From Ginkgo biloba (lineage: Eukaryota > Plantae > Ginkgophyta), in NCBI GenBank assembly GCA_024626585.2, contig JANKJI020000002.1:18626516-18655817 (forward strand): 29,302 nucleotides of DNA. Direction: 5' to 3'. Shown here piece by piece: positions 1 through 11,353 of this stretch (position 1 is the first letter of the stretch; each line of letters starts with the position of its first letter). A program made the position numbers and the translations under genes. The notes under the pieces were generated by a model, which saw only the letters and a list, made by a program, of their open reading frames with translations, searched no databases and had not been told where the DNA came from.

Positions 1-1255
1 TCTTAGTCTCAACTATAGAGCAAGGTAAGCCTTTTAACATATAATGGATGCTTTGAATATCATGGTATCAATGTGGCAAGGAACAATGAATTTTACCTGG
101 ACAAATATCAAACAACACATGGATACTGTAAGAAGAAGAATTTATGGGTCATATTATTTCAAGGAAACTGAAAGAGGAAGCATAGTTCATGATTTATCAA
201 ATTATGTCAGCTTTCAGGCCCAATCCCAATTGTTTTAGATATGTCCATCCTTCACTTATTTACTATAAAAGAAGACGTGCCATATAGAAATAACAGTAGT
301 CTAATTCAGAAAGAAAAACCTGAAATTGGAAATGGGAATCTTTTTAATGAAGTCATTTGAGGAATTTAGACCCTTTCCCTCAGCCATCAAATGGTACACA
401 CTAAATAACTCTAAACAGACAATAAAATAATTCTGTAAGATAGTGAGGGAGAATCCATGTTTGACAAAGGATCAACTAGAAAGGAAAATACAGACAGAGA
501 AAAACATATGTTCAGACCAAGAAAATGGAGAATGGACGAAAGANNNNNNNNNNNNNNNNNNNNNNNNNNNNNNNNNNNNNNNNNNNNNNNNNNNNNCTAT
601 AGGTCAAAATCAAATAGAATCAAGATGGCAATAGATTTACAACAGGGTTATCAAAGCAAACGAATCCAAAATGCAAATCCATATGATAAGGAAAGAGACT
701 GGTGTGGCAACTTGCAATCAGCTAGAAGACAAAGTTAAAAAAGAATGCTCAAAGAGGATTTAATCAAGTTGGTTGCAGAGCCACATTTCAACCTAGAGGA
801 AAATATGGAACAAATTTCAAAGACCCATTGATGCAAGTAAAGGTATTTAGAACTAAAGGCTCTTGGAGTTACTACAAAAAGGTAATGATGAAAGGCAACT
901 TTTACTATGCAATAAATGCCTTCCTTTAATTAGGGTAATAACGCTTCAAGTAGGCACCAAAATGTCACAATTCAATCCTTTAACATTATGGAAACTAATG
1001 GCTCAAACAGATGATGTTTTGATCCCAGATCTATGCTGGAATACAGGTAAAGAAGGTAATCATACCTATTTATGGCATATCAAATGTAGAGGCTATTAGT
1101 TCTCAACTCCTCTTCATTATCCTTTCACTTCTAGAGATATCTAGTATACATGAATTGTGATCTTCTCAATATTGCTTCCAAGGCTGCCAACAACATAAGA
1201 GAAGATTGGGATGTGGCCATCTACATGGATTCTAGAACCTATTATCTGAAACAAC
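1..1255 (+). pseudogene. A-rich degenerate coding relic of unknown family (TE accessory ORF or endogenous viral fragment)
   Basis: A chain of near-contiguous + strand ORFs (44-238, 443-634, 457-738, 863-1099, 1150-) with few stops and strong A bias. No motif recognised. Confidence 0.3.
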
Positions 1256-1599
1256 NNNNNNNNNNNNNNNNNNNNNNNNNNNNNNNNNNNNNNNNNNNNN
1301 NNNNNNNNNNNNNNNNNNNNNNNNNNNNNNNNNNNNNNNNNNNNNNNNNNNNNNNAATATTATACTAAGGTTAGGACTTGAGGGTCCTAACAATCTATAG
1401 GGAATTATTATGGACTTTTCATGTCAATATTAGATATATTTTTCTTATATTTATTTTATTTTGTTGTTACACTACATTTTAAATAATTTGGATTAATATT
1501 TATGGTTATTTGTCAACTTTTGACATAACGCCTTATAATTTCTATTCAATATTAAAGTGTGTTTTCTTTAAAATTAGTTATCTACTAGTCCCATGAAAC

Positions 1600-1960
1600 C
1601 TAACTAGCTATTAGGTTAGGGGTTTCTATTGATTATGTGGTAGAGGTCAATGTTGATAGGATCCTTGAGAGAAAGATTATTATCAATATTGGGCTCAACG
1701 TTGTACCTAAATAAGTGGTGAGAAGAGGAACTTGAGTGGACAATAGTGTCACTTGGGTAGTGGAAAACATTGAGGTTGTCATTATAGATGAAGTTCTAAG
1801 GGGACGAACAAATAAAGAAATGAGTTATGATATTGAGCCAGAGAGAGATGTCCATGAGGATCCATCCTAGCCCTAAGCTTACTATTATTATTTCTTCCTC
1901 ATACCAAGAACCATAACTAAATTTTTTAAAATTATAGTTTTCCTCTTAGGAGGGAGTGGG
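1600..1960 (+). mobile_element. Possible chromovirus 3' end remnant (decayed chromodomain and PPT)
   Basis: DYVVEVNVDRILERKII (from 1631), LYLNKW and DNSVTWV occur in shifted frames and resemble E..VE.IL..R....YLVKW......TWE. Purine tract AGGAGGGAG+TG near 1948-1958. Confidence 0.4.
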
Positions 1961-2808
1961 GATCCATGCTCTTTTACTAAGGATGTTACTAGAGGCTGAG
2001 AGAACTTATTTTTTGCTCTTTGATCTAACTCTAATGTTAGAATGTCAACTGGAATATACTATGACCTTGGCAAATAGTTAGGGATATTGGTATTAGGGTC
2101 CTTAATATGAACCTAAAACACATGTTATATCTAATCCCATTACTAAACATGTGAGACTAATGGTTTATGAATATTCAATACTCAACATATGGTTTTGGTT
2201 CTAGTTTGCATGTAAGTTTGCAATGAGGTTTTCATGAAATAATGAATAATAATAAAAAGTACAAGGGGATAGCCTTGTCATCAGTAGCTTTTTGTTTGAA
2301 TGTTAGATCTTTGTTACTGGTACAGTTTAATGGTTCGAAGGTAAAAGCAGCCTCAGCAGGTCTGACTACTTAACTGACAAAATGACTTTTAAAGTAATCA
2401 TGGTAGATTGTGGCAGCCTTATAAGGTTGGTTGAATGGCATTCTCATAGTAGATAGTGCATTTTGTACTCGGTATTCAGGATATTTGATATTGTCCCTAG
2501 TCTGTGTCATTTTCCAATAGCTACGAGAGGATTAGGCATGGCATAAGAATCTAAGATTGCTCTTTCTAATGTGTGGATATAAAGAGATGAGCACAATTGT
2601 TTTGGAGTAATATGTGCACCTAGATCATTTTTGTCATGTATTTCCTCACCAAATCCAATTTCTAATCATTGCTTGCTTTTGGTCAAGTTTTGTTGCATAA
2701 TCTCTTGTATTTAACTGACATCCTTACTTGTAAATCTTGTATACTAGATATTTTCTAAACTTAATAATTAGTGGTTTAATGTTCATATTTGTTGTTTCAA
2801 CCATTCAG

Positions 2809-2873
2809 GTTCATGTTTGACAAAAAATGTCTAGTTATTCAGTGGTCTGGAGACAATCCAAATAGTTTGGCAG
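2809..2873 (+). CDS. XK2: Xylulose kinase (XK2-like, FGGY family), internal exon: (R)FMFDKKCLVIQWSGDNPNSLA(G)
   Basis: Acceptor ccattcAG (2807-2808) and donor GTatat (2874). The translation matches the plant xylulokinase segment ..F.F.KNC.VVQWSGDNPNSLAG as I recall it. The exon ends in phase 1, compatible with the exon at 25599. Confidence 0.93.
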
Positions 2874-4569
2874 GTATATTTTTCTTCTCTATTTCTCTTT
2901 TTGGTTGCTCTCTCATTTACAGATGATACATATTATGCTTGCAAGCAAACGGATTTTCAATTTATGCATTTGTGATCTATGACAATAGTGGTTGAATATA
3001 ATATGTGTCTCAAGGATGAGTCCCCTAGTAGAAAGACATTTTAATACTCCTCTAATATGGTAGTCTTGGAACTATAGTTTTACCTAGAGAGACTATTAGA
3101 AGGGAAGTTGCATACTGAGGCCCATTTAGGTCATAGGGATGCTTTCCCAAGTTATGATGTGCAATAAATTCCATTCATGAAGGATAGTGGAAGACAAAAT
3201 AATCCTCACCTTGTTTGCAAGGCTCAAACTTGCTCCTAGTGTCCATAATGTTGTCCAATGAATTTTTTGTCAAGACTCCCTCAAGGTTCACTTTCACAAA
3301 GCTAAACAACTATGACCTTGGTCAAAATCTTTGTCAAGGATGATATTTAAGACAATCCATAATCATATCAACAAATTGGCTCAAGAACCATTTTCAATCA
3401 TGCTAGATTTATTTTTCTTTTAAAATCCCCTTGTTTATATATTGTCAAAGTATTTGGAGATGACATCATGCTACTATAAAAAATGTGTCATATAGGTTCG
3501 GTGATAATTCCTAAATTACACTAATAATTTATCAATTTTTTTAATTAGATCTATCATTGGAATGACTATATCTAAAGTATTAATATTATATTAGGTTTTG
3601 TGAAATTACTTTATTAATANNNNNNNNNNNNNNNNNNNNNNNNNNNNNNNNNNNNNNNNNNNNNNNNNNNNNNNNNNNNNNNNNNNNNNNNNNNNNNNNN
3701 NNNNNNNNNNNNNNNNNNNNNNNNNNNNNNNNNNNNNNNNNNNNNNNNNNNNNNNNNNNNNNNNNNNNNNNNNNNNNNNNNNNNNNNNNNNNNNNNNNNN
3801 NNNNNNNNNNNNNNNNNNNNNNNNNNNNNNNNNNNNNNNNNNNNNNNNNNNNNNNNNNNNNNNNNNNNNNNNNNNNNNNNNNNNNNNNNNNNNNNNNNNN
3901 NNNNNNNNNNNNNNNNNNNNNNNNNNNNNNNNNNNNNNNNNNNNNNNNNNNNNNNNNNNNNNNNNNNNNNNNNNNNNNNNNNNNNNNNNNNNNNNNNNNN
4001 NNNNNNNNNNNNNNNNNNNNNNNNNNNNNNNNNNNNNNNNNNNNNNNNNNNNNNNNNNNNNNNNNNNNNNNNNNNNNNNNNNNNNNNNNNNNNNNNNNNN
4101 NNNNNNNNNNNNNNNNNNNNNNNNNNNNNNNNNNNNNNNNNNNNNNNNNNNNNNNNNNNNNNNNNNNNNNNNNNNNNNNNNNNNNNNNNNNNNNNNNNNN
4201 NNNNNNNNNNNNNNNNNNNNNNNNNNNNNNNNNNNNNNNNNNNNNNGAAATTTTGCTCAAAAGAAAAACTATGGCTTGATAAAAAAATTGAATTCTTGCA
4301 TTTTCATATCTTTTCTTCTTCTATTATTCTTTTTTAATTTTACATATTTCTTTTGAAACTTGTTTCACTATAGTAACATTTGCTGTGCAATTTGAAATCC
4401 ATTTTGTCCCTTCTAAAATTTAACAAAGCTTTTAGACTCCTAAATAAATCCCTAAATGGGTTCGNNNNNNNNNNATACTTTTTGTTCTTGTTCTCAATTT
4501 TTTTTTTTTTTTATAAAGAACATGAAAGACTTGGTTTGTCTTTTCTTTTGAAGGGAGTCTATAAATGGA

Positions 4570-6308
4570 ATTTGAATTTATGCGATCAAATATTAGGCGT
4601 AAGGGCGGAAGAGAGATCAAGTGTTTGTTTTTTTGCAATTCAAAGGTTCAACATAAAAAGAGTGATCAACGATCTTAATAAGACCCTAATCTTCCACAAA
4701 GGCAACTTTGGAATTTCAACTAACATAGGGTCCCCTACGAGAGTGATTACGCACCTCGAGCTTTGATCATGACTCCATTTGACATAACTTGGGTTGGTAC
4801 TTGGCTACTTTCCACATGTACTATCCTCAAGACAAATGTATCTTGCTTTTATAGAAACCAATTGAAGGATCCCTAACATTAGCATAACCTAGTGCCTACC
4901 CCGCAATAAAATGCAAAATGGATAGAAGAGTGGGAACAACATGAACCTATTTGTGAGAGGGTTTGGTGAACTAGTTGATTTAAGGAGGCATATGGACAAA
5001 ATTGATGAAGGAAACCCTTGTTATCAGGTAAAAGCTAGAGACAAACCCCTTTTACTCTAAGTTGTAAGATCTAAATGTCAAACTCATCCATGTATCCCAA
5101 GTGCAAGAATCCATTAAAGTCAAATGAATCCAAATCGAAACATGACAACTTTAGAAAGCTAGGGCGCACAATGTTGCGAATTCATTTTCCAGGTTATAAG
5201 GAAGAAGCATTTGAGTGAGTGGATATCAATTTCCAAAGATCATAGTGGAGTTATCTCAAATAAAGCTACTTGTCAAGTGTTTATTTTCCACCAGGCCATT
5301 ATCTTCAAAGTGCAAGAGCTCTCTTATGTATGATAGCCATGCAAAACATATTGTCAATCTTTCATAAATTGAAGAAAGACTTCACTAGAAATGGCAATTC
5401 TTGCCTCTCTTTGTAGAAGCTCTTCCAAGCTTTCAATGAAATGGTAGGAGAGAGAGTAGTATGATGTGATGGCATGTTTTGCAAAGGGAAAAACACTTCA
5501 TGGCACTTTCTAGCTCTTGAAATGGTTAAGGTTGGGAATGTTGAGTAAATTTGCATTTAACTTGTCTAAGGAGGGATTTAAGGCTAATTTAAACATTTCC
5601 TACAAATTTGACCAAGACGTTGTGCATCGACAAACATTTGACCAAGACGTTGTGACATGATCCAAAAAAAAATCTTGTTGAATCTTTTCACCTATACATT
5701 GCAGCATGGACTTCTGATTTGTATCAGCCTAAACCTTAGTTGTTGATTTGTCAAGTCAAGGGGGGGCATAAATGTATCTACGAACATTTATGGATGATGG
5801 CATCAACAGCTAAACACATTAATTGATGAAGATAACCCACATTTGATGTTGAAATCCTAGACGCATCAATTAGGACAAATGACTTACCATTTATGAGGCA
5901 TTTATGTGTAAATCCTAGGTGCATTAATCAGGGTCATAATGAAAAGATGTGAGCATTAATGAAGAGAGAATTCTAGGGTTATGTCATTTGATTTTGAAAG
6001 GACATTCCATTCCATTTTTTAAGAGAAAGAAAAGCATGAATAAGAGAGAGGAAGTTGATTCTAGATGCGAGAGTCGGGAATAAGTGTTTAGAGGTAGGTG
6101 TGAGATGCCTTCCCATGGCATTTATGACTATGTACCATCATTAAATGAAGTTATAAATGGGCATTGTATCCCGAATATTATGTCTTGATGTTTGTGCATT
6201 ACATTTATGACATTTTGTTTATAATTAATGCATGCTATATCCTCATATGAATATACTAAACTGTTGTTGATGATGGGCTTCACACTCGAGACCCATTATT
6301 AGTCAACA
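4570..6308 (+). mobile_element. 3' end of an LTR retrotransposon (non-coding 3' region, PPT, LTR 5773-6308), probably non-chromovirus Ty3 (Tat/Athila-like)
   Basis: PPT AAGGGGGGGCATAAA (5758-5772) is directly followed by TGTA. The LTR ends ..CGAGACCCATTATTAGTCAACA (6308). A related LTR ends at 11992. The left boundary is approximate. Confidence 0.65.
5606..5654. repeat. Short tandem duplication (19-bp exact core, 30-bp period)
   Basis: ATTTGACCAAGACGTTGTG at 5606 and 5636. Confidence 0.9.
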
Positions 6309-6866
6309 GTTGCAAGTTTGCTAATTAATGTTACAACCATNNNNNNNNNNNNNNNNNNNNNNNNNNNNNNNNNNNNNNNNNNNNNNNNNNNNNNNNNNNN
6401 NNNNNNNNNNNNNNNNNNNNNNNNNNNNNNNNNNNNNNNNATGTTGGTAGTTCGAAGTCGACCTTTTAGAATTTTGTATTTATGTTTAAAGGATGCTTAA
6501 GCCATCTACTCTTGAGAGAAGTTGTGAAAGAAGTGGTCATGTTTTTTCATAGGAATCGTATGACCACCAAATAGATTAGAAATTGATCTATGCTTTCTCT
6601 TCAGCTATAAATTTTAATGTTTCATTGATTGCTATAGATCTACATTCTTCAGTAGAAAAGGAGAGGGCAAGATGAATTTGGACATCCCCTATGTCCAATT
6701 TTTTCTTTAGTAATTANNNNNNNNNNNNNNNNNNNNNNNNNNNNNNNNNNNNNNNNTACCTTTGTGGAAGGCTATCTTTTAACTTTGGTACTTGAGAATA
6801 GAAGAAATTATCAACCGCATGAAAAGATATAGGTTGACTTAGTTAGAGGAGTTGGTCTACAATTTT

Positions 6867-9558
6867 TGTAATAGGATCCCCAAGCTTTCTCTATAGAACT
6901 TGCATCATGTTCAAATAAATGATCATTAGACAAAAAGATTATGCAGGATGGGACTGACTTGTGACTTGCAGAATCTATCCATATCTTGAGTCCAATGACA
7001 TAGCGAGATTATGAGGGACTTGTGTGGGAGATGATACCCTAGCAAGTTAGCCAAGAGCACCTATTGTGTTTGGAAATTGTGGTGTCACCCTCATAATGTC
7101 TATAAGGGATCTCACTCTTGACATGTAAGTACCATCCTTTTTGTACCAATTCTTGGGATCCATCCTTGCTACCATTGTAGTCCTAGTAAACCATATCCCA
7201 CATAGGGTTCTTGGAATCTATCCCCACATACAACATCCAGGATTAACAAAGGTTCTTAAACATCATCCATCCAACATATTTTATGGTTTAGATAATCAAG
7301 CTCCCATGTNNNNNNNNNNNNNNNCACTTGTGGTTCCAAGATTCTGTCCCCCACATAGGCCATCCAAGCCAAACATCCTAGCTTAATCATATTGGATCTT
7401 GTCGTCAACAAGGTATTTGGGCCTTGGCATCTATTCCTTGAGCAATCCCTGCATTAATCCTTAGCATTTACCATACACATGGAATAATTTGTATTAATAT
7501 TAGACTGAACTTTGATTTGTAATGTAAATAAATTATGTTAGACCTATTTTTTACCTTAAAATAGCATGAAGGCTTACCAACTGGGTTTCCAATCCCTAAG
7601 TTGATAATTCAAATAGTTCTAGTGTCTTTTTCAGTTCGACAAACTCTAAACAAAGGTTTATGGTCAAGTTGTTGCACTTTTGATTTGACTCTACTTTAGG
7701 GCGCACTATTTCTAGTAGATGAATCTACTTTTCTTTAGATTTTGTTCCTCTAGGTCAAATTCACTTTGCTTCAGCTTCTACTTCTAGTATGTTGAATTTT
7801 GTAAAAATGTGTCCTAACAAGATGGCGATTTGTTTTTTGGGTCATTAAGCCTCCATTTAAGGTCCAAATAGACAAGTGTTAGATACTTATGGAATCGTGT
7901 CTTCAAGGACCATTTCATTGTGTCCAGATCAAATTTTATTAGTGGTTTCTAGACCCAAGTTGTTGGCCTTAAAAGAATTCAATTATGCTTGGATATTCCT
8001 AGTTAGGGCCGTAATTTTTTCCTTGTAAAAATTGAACTCTTAGTCCATTCAATCTTTGTTGTTGCACTTCAATAATCATTTCCAGTTATTCTACATCCCT
8101 TGTGGATGCCATTTTTTTCACGGAAGAATGTCAATTAAACTTGTTTGTGATATCATTGTTATCGGCTCCTTAAGGTCACTCTATAGAACCCACATCATGC
8201 TTACACAAATGTATGATAAGTAAGACAAAACGATTATCTAGGATAGGATTTACCATGGATTGCAAAATCTATCCAAAGCACTATGATTTAAATTATGTAG
8301 TAGGATCGTCAAGGACTTGTGTATTAGATGATCTCCCAATAGCTTACTAGTAGCACCTATTGTNNNNNNNNNNNNNNNNNNNNNNNNNNNNNNNNNNNNN
8401 NNNNNNNNNNNNNNNNNNNNNNNNNNNNNNNNNNNNNNNNNNNNNNNNNNNNNNNNNNNNNNNCATTTGATGTCACCTTTCTAGATAATCAATCAATATC
8501 TCCTTTCATATTTATTGTGTCTCTCTTTTGTCTTAATATATTTTGGGGCTACCTTTATATCATCTATATGGGATTCCACCCCCTACATGTAAGATCCCTC
8601 CTTTGTATGAGATCCACTTGTGCTACTATTTTAGCTTACAAAATCATCCTCCCCTTGTTGTTTAGGGAATCTATCCCCCACATACACTATCTAGACTAGG
8701 CATCTAAGCTTCGCAAATGTTGAACTAAAAGTCTTCTAAGCATTATCCATCTAGCATATCTTTTTGAGAATCTATCCCCCACTTTTGGTTTTGGGAATCT
8801 ATTCGGCACATAGACCATCTAGGCTTAATCATATTATGTTGTGTAGTTAAAAAGGCATCTATCCCTATGTATTCGACCATTAAGTGATCTTTGCATTCTG
8901 TGGTAGCAATACCATTCTCATGGAATAATTCACATTAGTATGAGATTGATCTTCGACTTGTAACATAAATGCATCAATTAAAGCCTGTTTGTAATTGTGA
9001 AATAGCACGAAGGCTTACAAATCAGGTTTCCAAGTTGCAACTTGATAATGCTAGTGGTTTTGGTTTCTTTTTTATCCAACAAACTACAACCAAGGATTTT
9101 TGATCAANNNNNNNNNNTGCACTTTTGCTTCAATTCCGCTTACTCTACTTCAAGGCATATTGCTTCTGATAGGATGAATTTACTTTGCTTTTATTTTTAG
9201 ATTTTGTAGGTCAAATTTACTTTGTCTCAACTTCTGCTTCCAATAGGCTGATTTTTTTGCAAGTGTTGCAACAAGGTAGCAATATATTTATTTAACCTTC
9301 CATCTTTCATTTGGTTCCCCAATACTAAAGTATATATTTTTGGAATCCTCTCTTCAAGGTCCATGCAATGAGCCTAGGTCAAATTTGATGATACATCTCT
9401 AGACCCAAGTAGTTAGCCTATAAAGAATTCAAATATGCTCTAATGTTGCAAAGTTTCAGACCTTCTTGCAAGTTTCCCTTGTTTTGTTCCAACGATGTCC
9501 TATTAAAACTTAATATATGATGGTTGTTTCCCTTCTAGGGCTTATGATTTTTATGACA
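6867..9558 (-). mobile_element. Two diverged ~1.2-1.3 kb LTR-like direct repeats with almost no internal region (non-autonomous or internally deleted LTR element)
   Basis: Blocks align by eye from 6867 (TGTAATAGGATCC..CTCTATAGAAC) with 8157 (TGTTATCGGCTCC..CTCTATAGAAC), through AGCACCTATTGT, GCTTAATCATATT and CATGGAATAATT, to TCTAGACCCAAGT..AAGAATTCAA (7980/9430). A decayed minus-strand PBS lies at 8144-8155. The right-hand ends are approximate. Confidence 0.75.
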
Positions 9559-9559
9559 A

Positions 9560-11253
9560 AGTCAAAAAGTGTCTTCTTCTACAATTCTATGAAGTTGTTC
9601 TTGCAATTCAAATCACAAGGAGAGCGAAGAAGGGTGTTATCATGAGTTGATTTCTAGAGCAATCACTCAAATGAGGCTTTCAACATTATTTATGCTTTTC
9701 CAAGTCACTAGGTTGGGCCTCCATCTTACTTTTCAAAGTTGACTTTAAATTTTGTGTACACCATATTCCTTAGTATGCTTGAGCAAGTGTTTCCAACTCT
9801 TTGGAAGTTGTTCTGATCCTTAGGGATTAAGTTTTAGATTGCCTTGTGGGTCCACCAACGTTTTAACAACTTTAACAAGTTAATTTAAGCTTCCTAGCGC
9901 TATCTTAGCCCTTAGTGGTGCTCGTCCTTACCAACATATATCGGTANNNNNNNNNNNNNNNNNNNNNNNNNNNNNNNNNNNNNNNNNNNNNNNNNNNNNN
10001 NNNNNNNNNNNNNNNNNNNNNNNNNNNNNNNNNNNNNNNNNNNNNNNNNNNNNNNNNNNNNNNNNNNNNNNNNNNNNNNNNNNNNNNNNNNNNNNNNNNN
10101 NNNNNNNNNNNNNNNNNNNNNNNNNNNNNNNNNNNNNNNNNNNNNNNNNNNNNNNNNNNNNNNNNNNNNNNNNNNNNNNNNNNNNNNNNNNNNNNNNNNN
10201 NNNNNNNNNNNNNNNNNNNNNCCCTTTATGGACAATTCATTTTTAATGACCTTTGCCTCTATACATGACTTAGAATTTCTCTTGAAAATATTTTCTTTTG
10301 CTGTGGTCATCCTACTTGGGGATCTGGTGCCCCATGTTTCAATCTTGGTTCATCTTATATTGATTTGTATCTTGCCTTTGGTTATGTCATTGCTTGCTTA
10401 TCTATTTCTTGAAAACTTTTCTTTGAATATTGGTATTGAACTCTTTCTCTCTTTGTCTTGATGCACCCCTGATGCTTTTTATCACTCAAGCATTGGTCAT
10501 GGCTTCTTCCAATGTCTTGGGTTTTGCTAAACTACTATTTGCTTGATTTTGGCATCCAAAAATTTGATAAAATGAGAAAATTGAATTGTTCTTGGATACT
10601 TGGTATTCTTTCCAGAGGTGCTTCCAACTTCTTGCTATAGTTTTGTGTAGATCCTATTTGTCTTAAGTCATCTAATTGCCTAAAAGATTCCTTTTTAGCA
10701 TTAGTAGGTGCATATCTTTGTGTCAACATTCTAGCCATTTGCATCCATGTATCAATGGGTGCTTGTACTTCATACTGCACTTGTCTTTTGATGTCTTGGC
10801 ACCATATACTTGTCGCATCCTTAAAGACAATTGTGTTATTAATAGGATCATTGGGACATGTGGAAACAACCCATTGAGGGACAAATTCCCACAAATGATC
10901 AAAAAATTCAATAGTCAACAAGGAAATTTCAACAAATAACAAAGAAAATCTAGTTGTCAAAGGATGATTTTAGGCGCAAACAAGAGATTTCAATTATAGG
11001 TGAAAGATTCCGATAGATAACAAAGAGATTCTAGCAAATCAAAGGCAACATTCTAGCGAGTCAAAGGCAAGATTCCAATAGATCTATGGAGGAAATGATG
11101 AGACACCATGTATATAAACCCATTTTCATCATCCATTAATTTCTTCTCTAAGATATCTTCACATTAAGAATTTCCTTTCTCCTACATAGTTATTTCCTTG
11201 ATGATCCTTCAAGGAGCTCGAACCTGCGCTGATACCATGTGAAAAATATGATA
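9560..11253 (-). mobile_element. 5' remnant of a Ty3/gypsy element (LTR end, PBS, leader, gag)
   Basis: The reverse complement of 11226-11237 is TGGTATCAGCGC (11/12 match to the iMet PBS), adjacent to an LTR-terminal CA. A gag ORF lies downstream, with decayed zinc-knuckle-like sequence near 9850-9945. Confidence 0.8.
10535..10960 (-). pseudogene. gag: Retrotransposon gag (Retrotrans_gag-like) fragment
   Basis: FKDATSIWCQD...IDTWMQMARMLTQRYAP......FRQLDDLRQIGSTQNYSKKLE matches the gag pattern L...A..WW....I.TW......L..R......L..L.Q.GSV..Y...F. Confidence 0.85.
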
Positions 11254-11353
11254 NNNNNNNNNNNNNNNNNNNNNNNNNNNNNNNNNNNNNNNNNNNNNNN
11301 NNNNNNNNNNNNNNNNNNNNNNNNNNNNNNNNNNNNNNNNNNNNNNNNNNNNN

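Noticed and set aside
2035-2187. Possible short solo LTR (TGTTAG...CTCAACA)
   Set aside because: The termini fit, but the flanks (TCTAA / TATGG) give no TSD and there is no second copy in the window.
3000-3480. Possible copia RNase H end and PPT on the minus strand (KILTKV, TTGAGGGAG)
   Set aside because: Only one short motif; too decayed to call.
3586-4260. 224-aa ORF and other ORFs made mostly of X
   Set aside because: They are open only because N-runs contain no stop codons.
4380-4766. 128-aa ORF
   Set aside because: Non-ATG start, low-complexity, spans a gap and a TE boundary, and has no recognisable motif.
6970-8830. Recurrent GGAATCTATCCCC motif as a CRISPR-like array
   Set aside because: Irregular spacing, degenerate copies, no cas genes, and the context is plant LTR sequence.
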